Assembly: GCF_000150275.1 (NCBI RefSeq)
Contig: NW_002060952.1
Coordinates: 1,478,452-1,542,451, forward strand
Origin: Trichoplax adhaerens
Taxonomy: Eukaryota; Animalia; Placozoa
DNA: 64,000 nucleotides
Direction: 5' to 3'
In this document: positions 27,901 to 43,459 of the stretch, piece by piece
Layout of the letters: every line of letters begins with the position of its first letter
Position numbering within the stretch: position 1 is the first letter of the stretch
Made by a program: the position numbers and the translations under genes
Notes under the pieces: model-generated
The model's input: the letters and a program-made list of their open reading frames with translations, nothing else
What the model was told of the DNA's origin: nothing
Databases searched by the model: none

Positions 27901-29246
27901 TAGAAATCAATCCGTGAATTCATTCTCGCAATTGCTCGAATAGTTTTAAATCCTAATTAAGAATATGAATTGTTCTAGTCTTTGCGACTTAATTGAGCAT
28001 AGTGAATGAAAAAATTAATTAAATTATTGATCCAATTTTTACCTGCTGAGATCTTCATCTTTAGATTGGATCATTCCAAAACGCTCAAGTGTTACTTCTT
28101 TAACTGTAAAAGCAGAATACACATATCAAATGACAACATCCGTCAATTCTTTTATGTTATAAAATTTACATTTGATGTAGTCAATCGGTGTTAATAAAAT
28201 TAATTGTGGTCATTTATTGACCAGATGTAGATGATGAGACTATTAAAATAATTGAATAACAGAAAGTTTGTCTACATAAGCTTTGTCCTGGTATGTCATC
28301 AACTTCCACTATTAATCAATGATTTGCTTCTTTACTGCTGAAAAATTATTCCAATAATAGCTCATTCTTTACTTCTCTCGTCTCTAACGATGATGTGTAG
28401 AAAAGTAAAATATACTTGACAAATGTAGATTTGATTAATCAGCATATAATGAATACTATTGGAGTATTGGATTATATTCAAAAATTAAAGGGAATTGGAA
28501 TGAAGAGACTATCAATTGATTTCATAACAAAGAGCTAATCCTTATAAACTATATCTCGATTTTTCACTAGTAACAATCACTTCGCTCTTTGTTCGCCAAT
28601 TTTGGTTCAATAAAATTTGTTCAAGTTTTCTCTACTACTCATATGAAAAATATCTCAAATAAAGTCATTAATAAATTATTCTAGGTTAGATAGAGAATCT
28701 TTTGACTGGTCTACTGTTTTATTAAAATTAAGAGTCCCTTATGTAGCTGTATCCGTAAAAATAAGGCGTGAAAAGCATCACAAAATAAATTTATAATGCT
28801 ATATTGATATTAATAAACTGTATGGAGATCTTCAAGTAAACTTGTTATATTGATTGTTCAGCTCTTTACTAATAACATTTGACTTCAATTATGCTCTCTA
28901 TCGCCATTTATTTTAATATTATGACTATTTTATTTATTAAGTATATCGTTCTCAATTCTGCTTTATCGTACTCATATTAGACGAAAAGTTTTCTTTAAAT
29001 CTTCATGACCAACTGTCTAAACAGTAAAAACTTACCAATATCATATTTAGTGCCGGACAGATTAATCGATATTGCACGCTTCTTTTTGCCTTTTTTACGT
29101 GTAGTTGATGTAGTTGTTGTTTCAGATGGTCTATAAGAAAATGTTTTAGATGGAGTTGATTCACTTTCCATTTCATATTCTTCTTCTTCTTGTTGCATAT
29201 TGGCGGCCAACAAGGCATTACTATTTGATAATCCGTTTGCTTGCAT
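21909..29246 (-). CDS. TTLL7: Tubulin polyglutamylase TTLL7; multi-exon (3' end either spliced to the stop at 21909 or read through to the stop at 22052)
   Basis: [153 protein letters not shown]7-type C-terminal [12 protein letters not shown] and [17 protein letters not shown]. Confidence 0.93.
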
Positions 29247-30466
29247 CCTTCAGTTATTCTGTTATTATGTAACATTTAAAACCTGGTTTTATTGCTTGGT
29301 TCGATTAAGACACTTCGCACCGATTAGTAAACGATGAATGTAAGGTTAAATCTTTCTACGCTCAAAGACTAAAGCTAATTATTAATGATTTGTCGTAAAT
29401 AACATTCATATGATCGTATTACAAATTAAGGCAGGTTGGATAGATTTGAGGCTTTACTTTAGCCGCCCTATTGCTAATGATAGGCTGGAACGAAAGTAAT
29501 TAACAAAATCGTCGGTACATTAATCTACAGATTACTTCACTGTTACTATTATAAACAAATCTAAAATAAACGGTACAAAAGAATAGCTTTAGTAGGATAG
29601 ATTAATGTTAGTGTATTGTAGTCAGCATGATCATTACTTATACAGTAATTTAGTGGGCATACCAAGTAAGGTAAAAAGAAGGAAAATTTTAAAGATAGAT
29701 TAATTTCACGTTAGTAATCGCTGTGCTGCCTCCAAAAAACCTTGATAGTACAGTATGATCAAATTATAAATGAGTATAAAATAAGTATCAAGCTACTTAA
29801 GTTTGATATTAACCATAAGAAAAGGGATAAACGCGACAGGAAATAAAACTGTGAGCAAAGCAAATGTAAACACTGTAAAGTATGATATCAAGGACCAATG
29901 TCACGATGAAGTAGTGTGCGTATTTTTAGGGTAAACATCTAATCTCGTTATAATTTTAGATAAGTAAATCTTGTCATAGCATTGGGGTTAACATCTAACT
30001 AAAAATAGATAACATTGAATACCATAATAAAGAAGAAGTGGATAGTAATCCAAGATGATAAATTACAAATGTCATAGGATATGAAGCAGCTACTTAATCA
30101 AATTAGACTACGGTTGGAAAATGTTGTATAAAGGTTATTTTAACCGCAATCAAAGTTGATCAAAATCAGGGTAATCTTGTTGGTACGGCTGACTAGCAAT
30201 ATAACCAATATTTACCTTCTTTCTTGGTTCAAAAATGGGTTAACATAACAAGGACGAAAGCTTTCCTAACTATGTCCGCATTTAGATTTTTAGTTGGTGA
30301 TATGAAAATGATTTAGGTAATTCTATAATTTAATTAGGTCAATTTAGTTTGCCACCACGGGATCAAGTTAACTGTGTTACTATAATACGTTTTAATCTTC
30401 AGTTTAACGACAGCTCTTCAATAATTCCCTATCTATCACTACATTGATCCTCGCTATAAGTTTATG

Positions 30467-30479
30467 GTCGCCTAGCAAC
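30467..30479. promoter_or_regulatory. RFX X-box upstream of TTLL7
   Basis: GTCGCC-T-AGCAAC matches GTNRCC-N(0-3)-RGYAAC and lies ~1.2 kb 5' of the TTLL7 ATG. Confidence 0.6.
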
Positions 30480-31001
30480 ACTAACATAATCAGTTATCGT
30501 CAATATTGTGAATTATTCATTGGCGAGGTGGATGCTATTTTATTGGATCAATATTTCTACACTTAGACAATAGGCATTAAAATAAAAATCAATTGATTGT
30601 TAAACGTTGGAGTAGAGTTGTGGTTATACAAATGTATTACTTATCGACAACATGGGATCATGTTAATAATAAAGAGTTTAGTCATGGGTACTCTAATATC
30701 AATATGATGCTGTGACTGGCATCTCTCCTGCTGGAAGGCATGGCTTATGAGTTAATTACATGTATCAGAACATAATTAAATATCAGAGTACATTGTCGGC
30801 TTTCTAGTTAAGTTAGATTATGTCAATAAAGTCACGCTATTTACTAGATCCTAATTATCTAAATAAAACCTTTATATAAATCCATCGGATAGAGATATGA
30901 GTTTAATATACGTTTACAAGTAATTACCTATGTTAGGATTAGTTTAGGTATACACTTAATAATGAAATCCTTATCGAACCATGATAGATAGCTCATAAAC
31001 G

Positions 31002-31213
31002 CTTTTGGATTGATTTACAAAATATTGACATATAGAATTGGATGTTATCATGCTATACGTAAAATAGGTAATTGAATTCTAATTAACCAAACAAGGCATT
31101 TGCATACACTTTTGGATTGATTAACGAAATATCGATAAATAGAATTAAATATTTATCATGTTATACCTGAAATAGGTGAACGAATTCTAATTAACTAAGC
31201 AAGGCCTTTGCAT
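31002..31213. repeat. ~107-bp direct tandem duplication, with fainter degenerate copies nearby
   Basis: cttttggattgatt...tagaatt...ttatcatg.tatac...aaatagg...gaattctaattaac.aa.caaggc.tttgcat at 31002 and 31109. Confidence 0.85.
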
Positions 31214-34200
31214 GTGTCGGTTGTATAATGCTTTTTAACTAGTAATAATTTATGTATACGCCTAATAATTAAATCTTTATGGAATGATGCCATATAGTTT
31301 ATCAACATGTTAGAATTGACATATAAATATGGACAAGTAGAGCTGAGAGCTTTATCATATCATTTAATACGAAAATATGAGCTACGCCAATTTACTATAC
31401 AAAAAAATTACAATAAAATGTGTTTGCAAGTGTTTATACGTTTGCCATTTATAAATTAAACTTGAGATAAGTAGTTGAAATTATTTTACAGATGATGAGA
31501 CAAAATTTATAAATCTTTCGGTATTATTTTTCTGATATATCGAAGTAGAATTAAATGATATGGCATAGAGTATAACGTAATATTACTATTTAGTTGCTTC
31601 TAACCAGGGATTAGTTAATTAAATAATACATTTATGTGAGTCCATCAAATCGAAAATCACGATAATATTCATTTAAAAGTGATTCTATCTTTAAAGTTAC
31701 GGCTAGCTTGGATGTAGATTGAATAATTAAATTTCTTTTCAATCATGAGATACGATTTATAAACGTTTCGGAATTGATGTACTATTTAGGTAGCAACATG
31801 ACCTGAAAAGTCACATAAACGACTTCATCATCGCTAATTTCAATATATAGCAAGACTTTTATATGAATCTGCCGGATAGAAAGATCAGATAGATATACAC
31901 TTAGAAGTGATTTTACATTTTAAAGTGGTGTAAAGTATGATCAATTAAGGCATACGTTCGGATAAGTAATAATAACGGTATTCTATTCCAACGATTACAT
32001 ATATACAGTACAGTGGATGGAAATTATTAGTATTAGCTTCGTAATTTGGATAAAACGTGATTTAGTGATTTTTGATGTAATTTACTAGGTGTGATGGCTT
32101 CATTAAAATTAATTATTGAAGCGAAATTTATCATACTATAAACATAGATCTCTTCAACTTTTTGGACTAGAAGCACCGCAATTTAATTTATTTTCCCTCG
32201 GGTAGTATTTAGATTGCTAACTTGTGTAATTCTGAAGCTTGCAAAAAGAACGAATTACTTCCGGTTAGATAGGGATTATAATTGTAGCTATTACAGTAAA
32301 ATAATCCCTGAATATTTACGATATTGACTGAATTCAAAATAATATTAAAAGAGGTAACAGTTTAAGTAAGTATAAACTAAAAATTACCGTAAACGCTTTA
32401 AAATACTGGATAGAAAGTCTCTCTAAGGGGTTCGATATAAGGAAAGAGCTGATTAACATGTATGAGTAGCATTAACAATATTTGAACTATCATAAATAGA
32501 CATTGTGATACTCACTCTATTGTGTCGAAGACGAAATACGATCGGGCATTAAAAGAATGGTCGATTCTTACATATAAGAGGGGACTTTAATTATATACCA
32601 GAAATATTTAGTGTTCTTGCTTCTAAAGAGATATTATAAAAGAATTGGATAGATTCGATGCTATACAGCAGTTAAATTCAGAACAATCAAGGTATCTTTT
32701 TATAATAAAATTATTGTTTACCTTAGTTTTCATGATGTAAATTCATCTTACCATAAAGGTTTAGGTTATTTCGTACTCTTTTTTATTTCTAGGTAGATCC
32801 TGGCCCTAGTTACTGTTTTCTGTCTAAAAGCGCAATAAAAAGCGTAGCTTGTGTATCGATCGAAGCAATAAGTCTCTATAGGGTGGAAAGATCTCACTTA
32901 ATTAAAATATTGTTTTATCTGCATTTTATTAATTTACTTCCTCCAACATTGGCTATTCAAATGATATTTAATTTACCAAAGTCTTTAAAAGAAAGATTTA
33001 TTGTTCTAGTATAGATGCTGGGAAAGAGTAAGATCTGCAATTATAATACCCAATCTTATCTTACAGCTACATAATAAATCCTTCTAATTTGATAATTTGA
33101 TTAACTTTAAAAAAATAGTTTCAATTACTTTGAACATAATTGAATTAAAAATATAGTAGCATTATGTTCAATGTAAGGAAGATGTTCAAGAAATGATAAA
33201 TTTTTTGAATTTATTAATATAATCAGGCAGGAAGGATTTCTAATGATTAGATGTTTAATACTTTGCACTGGGTGCATGTTAGGGCGATGTTATATCATGA
33301 TTGTAGAGTTCTAGTAGAGCTGTGTGAGATGAATGCGTTATTATGATTTAGAAAATCTGGAGTCGTTGTTAATATCTATTTTCATATGCTTGTGTTATTA
33401 ATTTTACAACGATATAATAGGATAAGCTAGTTCTGTTTTGTATACAAATTTTCTTTATTGCCGCATTTTATAATTACAATTCACGTGCGTATTTTTGGAT
33501 TAATATCAATCTGAAATATTAAGTCTGTTGCCACCCTGTTGCATGCTATAACTAGTCGTCCTTTGTATAAATTGAACAGGTTCAATCGAGAAGTATTTGT
33601 GGTTGTAAGAGTTATATATTACGTCCGATTTCGATATGTTGGAGGGGAATATTCTTCATAGCTAATTGCAATGGACTGTAGGCTGCAGACTATAGCATGG
33701 GTTGATGATGTAGTTAGTGATACTGTATCCTAATTGTACGATATCATAAAATAGTGAAAAATTATTTATATTTTAGTATCAAAAACTCTTATCTGTTATT
33801 TGAATTCATTACCTACTGCAGCCGTTATTGATGAATTAAGGCATCATAAATAATAGTTACTAACTTATCAACGTTTAAGACATAGTCGTCGATAGCTTAG
33901 CTGCTGCAATGTATGGATTACTTGTATTTTTAGCGATTACTAAGTTTATTTTACTAAATATTAAATATTTTACTTTCGACTTAGTTTAATTTTTGAAATA
34001 GCGCATAAAAGTGTTCATCAATCTCCTGACGAGATCCCCTCGATATTAGAAACATAATTTTGTGAATAATAAATTGTAATATTAAAGATTGTGAAGTTCA
34101 TAGTTTAGATAGTTGTCTTTAGCAGTAAAATGGATTGAGTATTATATTCTATAACGTATAGAACAAACGAAAGTATTAACATCTGTATATCGTAAAGCAA

Positions 34201-34611
34201 ATATAACACATTCTATCCATCTGTTGTATTCTATAGAATCTCAATTATAAAGATAGGGTTAGAAATATCAGATCAATCAGTAGAGTAAAATTTCTGTGAG
34301 ATAACATTGTACTGGTGAAACAGCAAATGATAATTTATAAGACAGCAAAATATTATCACGAATGCAGCGATTTAAGCATAACTACATCAAAATCGAATGC
34401 AATGTATATAATATATTGAGCAAAAATAAGTATTGACATGAATATCATTTCTTTCTCATAAATTTAAAGTCATAATCAAACTTTTTGATATTTGAACATT
34501 AAGCGAATGTTGTTAGTGCGAAGAGACATAGACAATAAATAATGATATAATTAGTAATATGGCTGGAAGTCTAGGGCCATGGTTTTTTGCTAGATCTTAA
34601 TTAAGACAAAC

Positions 34612-35957
34612 TTAAGTTTCATCAAACAGTTTTCGTAGTATTTGGGGCCTTTGTGATGGTGGTGTAGAAAAGAAAGTTTTTTGCTCATCTGAATAACGAG
34701 CCACGACACCAGGTAAAACATCGCGAAAGCTCCAATCCCTCCAATGAAAATTATAAAGATTTAATAACCTGATGCGATCTTGATCGGTTTTAATCATATC
34801 TGGTGGATCTACTTGAGCCAATTTATTAGCGTTGACATCTTCAAATATGATTACACCTCGTAATGCAAACCAACCACCATACTTTGGATGCACACAGGTA
34901 CCATAGATACGCTGTGATTCATCCCATGGATCGTCATGAACATCGCAACGTTGGTAGTAACGAACAGCTCCTGCTACATGACCAGCAGTTTGAACTAGAA
35001 CTTTGGGCCGATGTGACGCATCCATTTCAAAGTCTCGTATAATGTGTAATTGATGATCTGGGAAATGATTTCGAATCTTTTGAAAATAGTCAAGCATACA
35101 TTGATCTAATGGATCATAAACGTTCTGATTATAAGAGAATTCTTCCTTTTCTTCTTCATTCCATTCCGCTTTGTCTTCAAGTGGAAAATTGTCAATGTTG
35201 TATTTCTTCATAATAAAAGTCTTAAAGGTCTTGTCAAACATTTGGGGTAAACTAATGATGATAAATGCCAAGGCATTTTGATTGCACTTTAATTTAAAGT
35301 GATCATCCACTTGATCGTTATACCAGGAAATCTATTGGAACAAATGAGCTATTAAGACAACGCATCCTATGAAAGTTATATACTGCTTTCTAAGATTCTG
35401 AAGCTATAATTAACGATCAGATTAGATGATGAATTTGTCAACTATGGAGTCGTTATGAGCATTTCTGTATCATTTCATTCTGTAGTTTCGCTTACTGTTT
35501 CGCACGGCGAATTTTGGTAAGATTATCCAATACAATTCTATCTTTTCTCTATTGCTACTATGAACCGAAAGATATCTGTGCACTATCTATGACCCAACGG
35601 TGAAACTTTAAGAGCAGCATAATTTTAATATTGAATCATTTTTTAGCTCCCAATCAATACTAATAAAGCCAATTACGATATCATAATCGATTGAGAATGC
35701 TTTGATTCTTATCAATCGCTATTATACACGTATATGAATATGTAGTAGACAGTTGCTATTCCATGATGATATTTCCGATATTGCTTACGATTCAATACAT
35801 GGTTAAGTACTGTAGTTAAACATTCTATAAATTATGTATCAAGGCAAGCTACTACAGTATATATAATTATATCTACCTTAAAGGGTGCACACTCGAAGCC
35901 GTCAGGATAGAGTAATCCTTCCAATTTATTGATAATCACTTGTAACTTTTCAGCCAT
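34612..35957 (-). CDS. MMACHC: Cobalamin trafficking/processing protein CblC; 2 coding exons (35877-35957, 34612-35331)
   Basis: MAEKLQVIINKLEGLLYPDGFECAPFK|ISWYN..., DPLDQC, RPKVLVQTAGHVAGAVRYYQR, GTCVHPKYGGWFALRGV, NFHWRDWSFRD, YSDEQKTFFSTPPSQR. Confidence 0.96.
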
Positions 35958-37870
35958 GATTTGATCAGCTAGAATGGATTTTAGACAATCATGAGCGGGC
36001 TCTCAGCTCAACACAACAATCATTGCAATCCTGATAACATTCTCTTTTTATGGTGATCCCATCCAGCAGCTAGAGCAAGCCTCTCAAGCTACAACCATAG
36101 AAATTCTGCTCCAACTTCCATATTTATCCAACGTTCAGCTAGCGTTTTCTTCAAGGGCTTGCAATGGATCCATCGGTGGCCTTGCCAACGTGTCCGTCAT
36201 CTCCACACAATACTTTGTACTGTTTCCGCTACAGTACAATACCTCGTAGAGTGGGCGAGAGAGCAAGAGCACTGAGCGTACGATACAGGATCACCATACA
36301 ACATTCATCATCCAGTAGTTGACTACCTTGTGTGGTATTGTTTGAGTAATGCTATAGCGAAGCAGGGTATTGTAGCTTGCGGTAGTAACGGGTAAGTCAA
36401 AATGTCGGCGCTTTACGATAGGAGAGATATCGCTAGAGACTAGTGAAAGTCCTGGCTCGGCTGCTTGATTGCTGCTTAATGATGGGACCTGCTCTACCTA
36501 GATTTGCTTGATGAAGAAAATGCTTCAATAACTTACATATCTAAATTAGAACGATATGGAAAGTAGTACAGCTCTAGGTGTTTACGCTGTCTTTACTGTA
36601 GGCATGGGCTAGAGCTAGAGAGCAGATTTGCCGTTGCCATCAAAACCATCAATAGATTGATTATATAATTATGTTACTTTTTAGTGCTTTCAGCATCAGA
36701 TTTGCACATTAACCAACTACAGTACAAATCTATCAGAGTATAAGTAAATAAATATTGATACGTGTATATTTTACTAATAATTCCATGCCTTATTGCACGG
36801 GGTGTGAGCATACACCACAGTGCAGTACATCCCTATGCCATGTCTTTCTGGCTATGTGATTGGTTATCAATAGACTTCCGATATCAATAAGTTTTACTTT
36901 TTACCGCCGATGATATTCAAGGCAAGACTTTGTGTCATCCTATCTCTAGCGAATGAATTAATACTCACACGCAGAATCTTAATCTAGGTCTTGATTTCAA
37001 CTAGTATTAATCAAACTTAAGTGGCACTCAGGCATTTTAAGCCCTCCGATGTCATACTCTGCTAAGAAGGGAACCTTCTTTTACTAAACTTCAATCTGGA
37101 CAGTAGGAATACACCTTTCTAAAGAATAGACGTACAGTACTGTATACTATACCCGTCTACTTTTCATCGATAGATTGTTTAATCATATTAATGCATGTTG
37201 ATGAAATTTTAAATAGACTAGTAATTGCTGTAACGGGTATGTCAAGGCTGAGTAGTAACTATGCTACCATACATCAAGAATATAGGCAGCACAATAATAT
37301 GCTATCAAAATGATAAATAAAGTGACAATACCCTGATTAATACGTTCGAACTTCTTGTTTTAATGCTGAAATTAAATTTCCTTAACTTACAGATTAATTA
37401 ACAATTGATTCAGGGTGCTTACTACTATGAAGTAATGAAATAAATCAATCACAAGTACCAACATTGTACTCTACGCTTACTTCCCTCATTTCATATAATC
37501 TTATAGATTACATATGAAAACTGACTAGGCACGAAGCATTTGTCTAATACCCACATCAATAAAAATTACTAAGGGAATGAAGGCTTTATGGCTCACTCTG
37601 CAGCAATTACCATCTATTAAATTACTTTAAATAATTTTATATGTGATCGAATTAGCAAGGGTAACGAATACATAGCAAACTATCCGATGAGTAATATCTA
37701 TCAATTTTCAATTTAAAAATTATAGTATGATAAATTGTACTTTGTTATAGCGAATAAACTTGCCAACATACAAAGAGAGAAATGAATTAATTAGCCAGCA
37801 GTCATTGCAAGCAAGATAATAATTAAAATGAAATTATCCTTAACAAAATTAAATTTCTGCTTTGGTAAAA

Positions 37871-41651
<3,781 letters not shown>

Positions 41652-42360
41652 TTTACTCCCTCCTAAGCTCACTGATTGCTTGATTTGCTGCTAGCCTTGT
41701 TTGCTCACGTCCGTCTGATTTTTATACCCACCCTCTCGGATAAAAGAAGAATCACATCTGAGTCATGACCACTCGCCTCATACTGTACCCTATATTCTAC
41801 CGCTTGAATTGAACAGTCTCTCTTGTACGTGACATACTATTCATTGTGAAATGTACATGCGCAGTACGTGTTGGAAGGGTTGAGTGTCTACCTCCAGCTT
41901 TGTGTCATGATTGGTCGAGTGTCACTCTACTTTTGTAGAGAGTCTGTCGTGTAGTCTGTCCGGACACAGCCATGGGCCAGCATACCAATACGTGAACCGA
42001 TGGTGTCCCAGGCAGCAGCCAGTGCGTGCATGGCTGACCCTTGACAGAGGTCAATATTGACGGTATGAATGGGACTGACTGCAACACCTAGGTCAAACGC
42101 CTGTCGCCCGATGCGCTGACAGGACAACTTTGTACTGGTGTGCTAACTTCCACCAGGGATTGACTGACTACTCAATCCGGTAGTACTGATGTAGCAGGTA
42201 GTAGAGTCACAGTTGTGTTATACTGGGTCTCCAATATACAGTACAGTACAGTATAGTCCATGTCCGGTTGTCCAATGTCCATGTTAAAGCCGGCTGTGAG
42301 TCAATGACGCGATGACGTGGTTCACCAAGGTCGTTTTTCGAATTTTTTGCTACAGTACAG

Positions 42361-42908
42361 ATTTGTCGTTCGATCGGAGACGGGTGACGTTGTTGGTGTC
42401 ACTGTACAGTACTGTACAGTACTGTACTGTACTGTACACCGTACAGTACTGTACGCAAAAAATACTGTAAAATGGCTGCCTCTGCAAAAATAACGGTCCG
42501 CCATTAAAACGATGTTTTACTATCTATTGACATAGTACGTTTATGTTATCATGATAATCTATCTTTGGAGATATCCTTCTACGGATATATATGAATATTA
42601 TACAGGAATTTCAACGGAATACAACTTGTCCTTCGATCAGAGAGACTGGTGACATTGTTGGTGTCAACATCCAGTACAGTGTACTGTACTGTACTGTACA
42701 GTACTGCACCTAAAATACCATTACTGTACTGTACGCAAAAAATACTGTAAAATGGCTGCCTCTGCAAAAATAACGGTCCGCCATGAAAATGATTTTTTTA
42801 CTATCAATTGACTTGGTACGTTCATGTTATCTCGATAATCTATCTTTGGAGATATCCTTTTATGGGTATATATCAATATTATACAGGAATTTCAAGGGAA
42901 TACAACTT
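42361..42908. repeat. ~270-bp tandem duplication in the PGM1/LMBRD2 divergent intergenic region
   Basis: Two copies of ttgtc.ttcgatc.gagac..ggtgac.ttgttggtgtca...tactgtacgcaaaaaatactgtaaaatggctgcctctgcaaaaataacggtccgccat...atacaggaatttcaa.ggaatacaactt. Confidence 0.95.
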
Positions 42909-43459
42909 TAATTTGTTAAGGAAAGAGAGACATCGAAAATAATCTTACTCAATACATGTACAGTATACAGTATACTGTAGAGTGACTACTTGACCAATAC
43001 AGTCACTGCTTGAACAGTCCCTCCGATTTTTACGCCTCAACTTGGACACAGACTTGACGGAAGGACAGAGCAGCGTCCAGTTCACTGTATCACGGTGATG
43101 CAGTCAAGGACTACAGACAGAGAGAGGGACGGAAACGGATTACAGTACCAACAAACGTCTGGTCTGATCACTTTCAGTCCTTTTCATTGTAAATAGCCTA
43201 CTGTGTACTACTGAGACTTACAGTACAGGGTACTGTAGACCATGAAGTATGGACTCTGCCTACTCTCCATGATTCAAATCGTTCCATCATAACAAATACT
43301 CAATAGACTCAATATGGCCAATCACCAACAGCTTTTCTTCGCCATTGGAGATTGCATTTTCAACTTATAGTGGCCGAAGAAGACGTTGAAGACTTTTTGA
43401 ACTGGATCAGTGATATCTTAACCCTTGAAGGACGGCATTAACTCTGTTCTTGATTCATC

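Noticed and set aside
29300-34600. Hidden gene or autonomous transposon in the 5-kb TTLL7-MMACHC gap
   Set aside because: No ORF of 60 aa or more in the track and no exon chain or TIR pair recognisable by eye. A BLASTX would be needed to exclude it fully.
41905-42767. Short minus-strand ORFs upstream of PGM1
   Set aside because: They reflect GC-richer promoter DNA and TACWG runs (TVQYSTV peptides); no splice or homology support.
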